From Octopus vulgaris (taxonomy: Eukaryota), in NCBI GenBank assembly GCA_951406725.2, contig OX597821.1, positions 26,784,001 through 26,848,000 on the forward strand: a stretch of 64,000 nucleotides of DNA, given 5' to 3'. The translations under genes and the position numbers were made by a program. A model generated the notes under the pieces. It worked only from the letters and a program-made list of their open reading frames with translations, was not told the origin of the DNA and did not search any database. Below, piece by piece: positions 55,023 through 64,000 of the stretch (its first letter is position 1; each line of letters starts with the position of its first letter).

Positions 55023-55677
55023 ATATATATATATATATATTATTTAAACGTATGAGAGAAACACACACTAACACTCACAAGCAAACACACACAGATATAT
55101 AGATACGTCAATACGAATGTGCACACTTATACGTTTGATGTTTACGCACGCACATACACACATATTTACACATTGTGTATCTCTGTTTATTTATATGTAT
55201 GATTATGTGCGTGAGTATGTGTGTGAATGTTTATGTGTGTGTCAGTATATTTGTGCGTGTGCGTATGTATGTATTAGTGTATGTGTCTATGTGTCCATGT
55301 ATGTGAATCTATAACAAAATTTCACATGATTATATATTAGCTTCTAGCTTCAAGATATGAAAAATATAATAATCATATTGAATGCTTATATTGAATAAAA
55401 TTATTCAAAGTATAGTATACTAAAGGCACTATATTTTAATAGTAAATATTAAAAAAAAAATTGTAACGTGCGTCTAAATATATATATGTGCGTGTGTGTG
55501 TTTGAGTAGTTGTGTGTATGCATGGGTGTGTACGTATATGTTTGATGTTCACGTGTAAGCGTGTGTTCTGTATAGAGAATGAGAAAGAGAGACATAGATT
55601 AAATATAATTCAATAGTTACTTATGAGAGGAATCATAGAAACACTTTTGTGAACGATAAATTGCACATACACATACC

Positions 55678-55923
<246 letters not shown>

Positions 55924-55925
55924 AT

Positions 55926-56132
55926 AGTGATGGTATGTTGCCAGCTTAATGTGGCAGTCCCATGAAAGGGAAGAATGCTACTGTTATTTAGCCCTAGGAA
56001 ACACCGTTCCCAGTTGGCCATGACACATTTTTTGTGTCCTTATGTTTTGAAAGGTGAGATAAGCACCTCCACCCAGCAAAGCCAGCATCAGAGACTAGAT
56101 TCAGAGTCATTGCTCGGCCACAATCTGGAGTA
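55926..56132. mobile_element. Left part of the foldback family seen at 10588
   Basis: cttaatgtggcagtc..ccctaggaaaca..gacacattt..gtgtccttatg..aagcacctccacccagc..tctggag. Confidence 0.8.
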
Positions 56133-56138
56133 GCATGG

Positions 56139-57090
56139 CTTTTTAAATGAATTTTTTTTATTAAGACAATAATGTGACATATAGATGATACAGCACAGGA
56201 CAATACATACAAATAAAGTCAATGCGAGTTCGAATGAAACCTATTTAAAAATGTCAATGAACAAATGCTTTTTATATTATATAGTCATTTTTTTTCTTTT
56301 TGGAGAGGAGATTATACCTGGTTGCCTAAAAAGCCCAGCGGCTACCCCTACCTTTTTTCTCCCAATGTAGGTTAAGTAGGGTTACTAGCACCCACCTTTC
56401 TTAACACAGCCTTCCATCATTCCTCAAACACATTTCACGACAGGATTCTCTTCTCCAGCCCTATCTTGCTTTTCAGATGATATCTGAAGTATTGTAGCAA
56501 ACGAGGGGCAAGGATGAAAGATCCCGTCACGGGTCCTTGCATTATAGTATTCCACACACATGCTTTCAGCACAGCAACTGTACAGAGAAAATATACTTCA
56601 CCTTCCTTCCAGAGTTCAGTTGGCGGTACAATCATTATTATAGATTCAGCCGATAGCTGCACTCTTCCCAGAGGCGACAACGCGTGTTCGACAGCTCCCG
56701 ACAATGTACAAAAGTGTGCTGGACGGTTTCATCGTCCAGCCCACATCTTGGACATGTCGTTGGTACTGACATTCCGTGCCTGAATAACTTATTGCGAACA
56801 GGTAAAGCGTTCCAGGTCAGAGATTTTTGGTAATTATCCCAATACCCTGGCTCGCAAATTTTTCGAAACAGGTTGGCAATTTGGTTCTCATCGAGCCCCA
56901 GAGCCCCGTCTAGGGCGTTGTCGTTTTTATGTTCTACCAGCCCTTTATACAAAACCGAGGTGGTATTCCCACTGCCGGCCTTGCCCCGTCTTTTCTATAC
57001 GAGGTATCTGAGCCTCATTGGGCACTCTCAGTGAGCACTTGTAAGAGGCCAGTGAAGGGAAACGCAACGCCTGGTAAAGCTGCAAGATGT
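56139..57090 (-). mobile_element. L1/Tx1-type LINE 3' end (zf-RVT region)
   Basis: WNALPVRNKLFRHG..CPRCGLDDETVQHTFVHC (C-x2-C..ET..H...C), then VAVLKACVW..; A-rich tail at ~56140-56160. Confidence 0.88.
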
Positions 57091-57189
57091 CATCAGGAAA
57101 GAACCAATCAATCTTGCTAGATCAGAATAACGCAAAATACAAAGAGTAAAGGTGTATAAGTTTACAAATTTTATTTCCAGCCATTTGGG

Positions 57190-59411
57190 CTTTACTAATC
57201 CGCTGCCTGTTTGGATAGGAAGCAGCTACCACGAGTGTTCAGCGGATGAATTAAATGCCATTCTTCGCAACACCCTTAATGTGTCTGCAAGAGAGTAGGA
57301 ACTTAGTGACAAGAAAATCTTGAAAATCTCAGTACCCACCTTGACTACGTTTGACATGAGTGAACCAAGCTGGAGTGAATCGATCGGGAGGGAAGTTCAA
57401 AAAGGTGTTAAAGCAGCAAGATCAGCCTCTGCCTCAGAGCCCAACAATGTATCGTGCAGTATTTATAAGCGTTGTTCGGCACACTTTCAGGACCATTGAA
57501 AGATACTGAAAGTAATCTAGCGCTGAAGAAGGATTGCCAATCAAGGGACGTGTGCTGAGTTATTCCGATCCCTAAGGAATAAAATTGTCAGTGGTCCAAG
57601 CATTTCAAGATCATCTCACCATTCAAGCACTGAAGAAAATATTTTTATTTTCAGTATTTTGTCCTGACCGTTCACAAAGTTCCACCTGGAAATGAGTATA
57701 TTAATATACTTGTTGGGAACGGCATGATCACTGAAGCACCTGGCTGTATAAAGCATAGCCATAGCATTCTTTAAAGAAGTAAAGAAAAACAAGTTATATC
57801 CAATGGTTCCGTGGTTGGACCTCGCAAACGCCTACTTTTCTACACAAGCAGGTACAGGAAGCTCTTTGAAGATATAATGCTCTCAACAAGATCAAAGACC
57901 CTAATCTGGATTATTATTGCGGCTTCTGTTTGTGAGCTACTTCTGGATCCACAACATGGGAGGGATACAGATTAACGAAACAAATTATAACTGGTTGCCC
58001 TTTTTGGATAATATGTTTTCCCTGCAATGGACATGGGGAATCAGCAGAACAAGATTATACAGAAATCATTGACAGCTTGCAAGGTAGAAAAATCCCGCTT
58101 CATCTTATCTGAAACTGAGATCCCAAAATTGACAAGAGAACTAGTCAAGAGTTTTGGGAAACTCATTGACGATACCCTTAAAAACACGGTTGAAATTCAG
58201 AGAACTATCGGAGACTTCAGAACTAATTTAGAAAGGTTAAATAGTTTAACCGATTACTTCATCACTCCAAAGCCGGCTATACACTCATACTATGCTATAA
58301 AGCTCTTGGGCCCTGTGTTTCTACGTGGTGTTGGTATTTCAAGATCAGCAGTTCTTTAAAGAGGTAGTTTGGCTTAGTAAGAAGCTAACGAGCATCGATC
58401 CATCAATAATCCACCACTTCTCTTTAGCGGCCGCTCAGAACACTTTGTGATGCCGTGTGCAATAGCATTTCTGCCCAGAAATTCGTCTAGGTTTAGAGGA
58501 AGCACGGGCTGGCACATTTATGGGACTTATACAAAAAGGATTCTAGACAAGTTGGGTCAACTTATAAGAGCAAAATATTTCTTGGTCTGGTCAGTGGGAG
58601 GATGACGTTTATCTCATCAAATTCTTGAATTAGGCTTTGTATGACATCTTACCAAGTTCGACAACCATTCCGGCATGGGACAAGAAAGAAACATCTTCCT
58701 ATCCTTTACGTACTGAAAGAGTGTTTCTTCAACATTTCCTCAACAGTAGGCCCAGAGGCGGAGCCGATGATTGCGACCACTGCGGATATGATCAGGTGCG
58801 TAAGACCATTGCGGAGGTAATAATGACAACCATTCTGCCCAGTACACACTACCCCAGGATGGAAGCCACCGCTTTTCTCAAAACTAGAGAGAAGCTTTGT
58901 TCACTGAATTATCAGCCACTATGATTAGTTTCCACAGCCTGAGACTAGTAGTTGAAGCAAGGTCTTCAACCATTCAAAGTTTCAAGAGAACATCATACCC
59001 AGATAATCCAATAAGATAAAGCTATCTTCTCAAATTACACAAAACACATGATCATGTGTGAGCAGGAAAAAGCTCACGAGAGAAAGTTTACCGAATATCA
59101 GGAACTGGTGTAGAATCCAGGGGTGGCAAGCAGGATCCAAGGCAATTGATGCAGTCTGTCGAGGTTTTGTAGGGGCTTCACTTAGAAAACTCTGACTTGG
59201 TTTGGAGGTATTCGTGAAGCAAAGAGGAGATCAATATATTCCACCTCCTAGTTCGAGCTTACTGGAATGCTGGCTAGGACTTGATTAACACTGGCTGGGT
59301 CTCACTGAGATGGTCTTACGTTGCAATATCTGAAACTCTCCAAGACTTAGGACGAGGAACATCACTGGTAATGCAGCCCAGAGCAACCGGTAGATGCATT
59401 TTGGAACTACC

Positions 59412-59415
<4 letters not shown>
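57190..59415 (+). mobile_element. Highly decayed RLE-type LINE (NeSL/HERO-like), RT to 3' UTR
   Basis: Frameshifted motifs VKAARSASA, IYKRC, KILKVI, IPKE, PGC, WLDLANAY, ITGC, AHERKF..YQELV, CRGFVG. Confidence 0.85.
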
Positions 59416-59471
<56 letters not shown>

Positions 59472-59480
59472 TGTGTGTGC

Positions 59481-59577
<97 letters not shown>

Positions 59578-60035
59578 CGTATGTATGCATACACTAGTGT
59601 GAAATGCAATTAAGCAAACTAGATTATATAACGATGTTAGACAAAGTGGAATTTATTTCAGGTAATTTATCAAGAACAAGATATTCCAGATATTGACTAA
59701 TGAGACAATAACCATTATGTATGTTTATACACGCTTCCTTACATTTCCTGTCTTATAAATTTCGTTCAAAATTTTGTTTCATTACGAATAGAATACACTT
59801 GTAGAAGGAACTGTTTGGTAGAATCGAATATCAAAGCTCGTAGATGCAAAGTGAGGTTTTTCAATACGTTTTCTTTGTTCGAAACCGTCTAGCTCTGTGT
59901 CTCTTAATAAGGCTGGACTTATTTGGTTAGCACAACTACATTGCGTTTGTTGAAACTGTTGGTGGAATATGTTGCAATTATTCACGAAAATATTTATTCT
60001 TCAACGTACAGAGATTGGTTTTATTCGTGATGCTT

Positions 60036-60098
<63 letters not shown>

Positions 60099-60274
60099 TT
60101 GCATATTCTTTTCAACTCAAGACACAAGGCTCGAAATTTGGGGGAGGGGGACAGTCGATTAGATCGACCCCAGTACACAAATGGTACTTCATTTATCGAT
60201 TATAGTGAGAGATTCGTGGTTTTGGAGAGTTTTGAACCTTCTTTCAAGCAAACAGGTACTTATCGTACCCTGGT

Positions 60275-60608
<334 letters not shown>

Positions 60609-60873
60609 TTTGCTTATTTTAATAATGTTTGCTGACCATTTTATCATTTTTTTTTACAGATAATGATAACTTATTTGAATTTTTCAATTTATAGTTGCTC
60701 ACAAACGTTCCTTTGACGGCCGCGTGTGGGGAGTTCAGCTGAACAACTCGCACGGAGTAGTAAATATGTTTTTTGAAAGAGTTTATGGAGTAAGTTTGGC
60801 TGAAAAGCTTTAAGTGTTGGTTCCACACACAAGGTGAAATCAATCGAAACCACAATGTCTATGGCTTTATTTG

Positions 60874-61653
60874 TATTTTACTACCCACGAGGGGCTAAAC
60901 ATAGAGGGGACAAACAAGGACAGACAAAGGGATTAAGTCGATTACATCGGCCCCAGTGCGGAGCTGGTACTTTATTAATCGACCCCGAAATAATGAAAGG
61001 CAAAGTCGACCTCGGCGGAATTTGAACTCAGAACGTAACGATAGACGAAATACCTATTTCTTTACTACCCACAAGTGGCTAAACACAGAGAGGACAAACA
61101 AGGACAAACACACGGATTAAGTCGATTATATCGACCCCAGTGCGTAACTGGTAAATATTTAATCGACACCGAAAGGATGAAAGGCAAAGTCGACATCGGC
61201 GGAATTTGAACTCAGAACGTAACGATAGACGAAATGCATATTTCTTTACTACCCACAAGTGGCTAAACACAGAGAGGACAAACAAGGACAAACACACGGA
61301 TTAAGTCGATTATATCGACCCCAGTGCGTAACTGGTACATATTTAATCGACACCGAAAGGATGAAAGGCAAAGTCGACATCGGCGGAATTTGAACTCAGA
61401 ACGTAACGACAGACGAAATACATATTTCTTTACTACCCACAAGGGGCTAAACACAGAGAGGACAAACAAGGACAGACAGACGGATTAAGTCGTTTATATC
61501 GACCCCAGTGCAAAACTGGTACTTTAGTTATTGACCCCGAAAGGATGAAAGGCAAAATCGACCTCGGTGGAATTTGAACTCAGAACGTAACGACAGACGA
61601 AATACCGCTAAGAATTTTGCCCGGGGTGCTAACGTTTCTGCCAACTCGTCGCC
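60874..61653 (-). mobile_element. SINE family S1 concatemer: one head plus four tandem ~184-bp bodies
   Basis: Units start at 60874, 61055, 61239 and 61423; the head occurs only at 61653. Confidence 0.92.
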
Positions 61654-62096
61654 TTCATTTTACTATATATAGCTTACAAGTGGGAGGACTGTTTCGGAGA
61701 TGTATATTCCCTATATTCTCCGCGCGTGCTTACATATTCTTAAGAGAAGCGTGGTTCTGGAGGTTTTAAACTCCCTTTTCAAGCAAACATACACATACAT
61801 ATACATTTATTACAATTCATTTTATCTAGTTCTTCAAATTTATCCTGGTGACTTATTTAAACAATGTTGTTGGATAAGCGGTCAGGCAAATTTTTAAGTT
61901 CTAGCAAAGAAACAGACTGTTTATCGAATTTGACACTGTTGACAATATTGACCACGCGTCCATCAACAAATTTTCAATTGTTAATCATAAATTTGCTTCA
62001 AAATAATAGACTTAATTTACCACGCATGCGCAAACAAAAAGACAAAAAAGAATGCACAAACACACACACACAAACAAATAAATAAGAACGTATATA

Positions 62097-62516
62097 GGCG
62101 CAGGAGTGGCTGCGTGGTAAGTAGCTTGCTTACCAACCACATGGTTACGGGTTCAGTCCCACTGCGTGGCTCCTTGGGCAAGTGTCTTCTACTATAGCCT
62201 CGGGCCGACCAAAGCCTTGTGAGTGGATTTGGTAGACGGAAACTGAAAGAAGCCCGTCGTATATATGTATATATATGTGCATGTATGTGTGTGTGTGTGT
62301 GTTTGTGTGTATGTGCTTGTCCGTCCAGCATCGATTGACAACCGATGGTGGTGTGTTTACATCCCCGTAACATAGCGGTTCGTTAAAAGTGACCGATAGA
62401 ATAAGTACTAGGCTTACAAAGAATAAGTCCTGGGGTCTATTTGAGACTAAAGGCGGTGCTCCAGCATGGCCGCAGTCAAATGACTGAAACAAGTAAAAGA
62501 GTAAAAGAGTAAAGAG
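62097..62516 (+). mobile_element. Full-length SINE family S2 (tRNA-like head, CORE-like segment, internal microsatellite, CR1-like tail)
   Basis: ggcgcaggagtggctgcgtggtaag..ggttcagtccc..ccttgggcaagtg..; ends ggcggtgctccagcatggccgcagtcaaatgactgaaac(aagtaaaag-like)n. Confidence 0.92.
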
Positions 62517-63523
62517 TATATGCTTACACATATGGCGAGATATATAGACTGGTCGCTAATATTATGAGAGATTCTTTTGTTGTTACATTTCAGAACATCT
62601 TTCTCTTTTTAGTTATTATTGCAAATCTCTGTAAATCTGGTTGAATTTTGAATTCCTTTGTGTAATTCTTATATCACCTCTGATATCTTCGGCAAAATAC
62701 CGATGACATGAGGAGTTCCATTTTTAATGTATTTTGGAAGGTTTACTGTTTTGCGTTATTCTTTCTTTTTGGCGTCAGCGAGGTGCACTAAGACTTTTGT
62801 AGGCGTCTTCTAGGTATTCAAATTTGTAGATTATTGCACGATTCCTTCCGTAAGTATGTAGCAATTACATCTTGCAAGATACGTTCACTCTTCTGCAAGT
62901 TGTCATTGAAATTGATTTATGATCCTGTAGTATACCGAAAACTGATATTTATTTCTGCTAAGATCTTGCAGGATAGCCTTGATATCTGTTTTCTAAAACT
63001 GTGATTTTTATAGCGAAAATGTATGGTTTTAACAATCTTAGCCTAACTTGTATAACATCCATCTTTTACTTGCATCTAAAAATACAAACATGTTTCAAGT
63101 CGATTTTATACGATTCCTATCTGTATTTAACTGAAAGCTTTTAAAATGTATTTGTTAAAATATTTGTTAGAGCCTACATTAAATTGATTGATGAGCACAC
63201 TTTCAAAAGTATCATATTGTCTTAGGGTGCGAATTTTAGAAATTTTAAAATTGTCTTATGATGAGCTTCATATCATCAACATCACAGGAATAAACATTCA
63301 ATATTTAATTAATTTTACCTGTGTTATTAACGAATTGCTTGAATATAGTAGAAGAGATTGCCCGCCGATTGTAATATCGATATCACCAACTTCGTCGTGT
63401 TGAGATGTATTCATGTTTAAGTCATTAATCGCATTTGAGACATGGTAATTATTCATATACAAATTTATATATATGTATTTACACACAGCGCGTGCGCACA
63501 CACTCACACACATATATGTGTGA

Positions 63524-63561
<38 letters not shown>

Positions 63562-63565
<4 letters not shown>

Positions 63566-63757
63566 AGAGTTTAAGAAAAAACAACGAAAGACGAAGACAG
63601 GTGGTGTACAAAACAAACAGATATATTAGTATAATGCTCAGGAATAGAAAAAAGTATTTTACGTTTCGAGCCTACGCTCTTCTACAGAAAGGGACACAGA
63701 AAAGAAGGAGAGAAACAAGGAGAGGAAAAATGTGTGTAGTGGCTAACGGTCTATCAT

Positions 63758-63760
<3 letters not shown>
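63562..63760 (-). mobile_element. Family H1 copy 3; hammerhead-like motif at 63657-63690 with core CUGUAGA
   Basis: ttt-CTGTAGA-a-gagc(gtag)gctc-GAAA-cg-TA-aaa; flanked by (TA)n on both sides. Confidence 0.82.
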
Positions 63761-63812
<52 letters not shown>

Positions 63813-64000
63813 ATGTATGTGTGTGTGTGTGTATGTATGTATGTGTGTGTGTGATTGTGTGAGTGTCTAACCATATACAAATACATAGATATCTACTGTT
63901 CTTTTCTAGCCGTTTCTACTGCAGAACGTAACTATATATTTTTCCTTTAGCCAACACTATATTTTATTATGGAAGTAAAGATACGACTACATATACAATA

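Noticed and set aside
58027-58924. ORFs 58027-58359 and 58637-58924 as independent genes
   Set aside because: They lie within the frameshifted RLE-type LINE relic.
60874-61653. CRISPR-like regular array
   Set aside because: Whole units repeat with no unique spacers; these are SINE bodies in eukaryotic DNA.
62540-63430. Possible decayed LINE/RT fragment on the minus strand
   Set aside because: No diagnostic motif could be recovered by eye.

Overview
AT-rich, microsatellite-saturated metazoan non-coding DNA. The SINE families and the (TA)n/(TATG)n/(TATC)n/(AAT)n density point to an Octopus genome (inferred from recalled repeat families, not from a search). No convincing host gene is present: nearly all track ORFs are translated microsatellites, and two weak exon candidates remain. 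Recognisable content: several tRNA-derived SINE families (including tandem concatemers and nested insertions), two CR1-type LINE 3' ends, an L1/Tx1-type LINE 3' end, two RLE-type (NeSL/HERO-like) LINE relics, three Tc1/mariner relics, a Penelope-like GIY-YIG relic, foldback elements and a U6 pseudogene. The main signal not explained by the ORF track is about a dozen minimal type I hammerhead ribozyme (HHR) motifs, intact to decayed, from several sequence families. They include an apparently perfect 480-bp tandem repeat with one HHR per unit (retrozyme-like, predicting a 480-nt circular RNA), a tRNA-promoter/(AAT)n/HHR element with an inverted copy of its own tail, and a three-copy family with a CUGU(A/G)GA core variant. 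All folds and translations were done by eye; coordinates may be off by a few bases.
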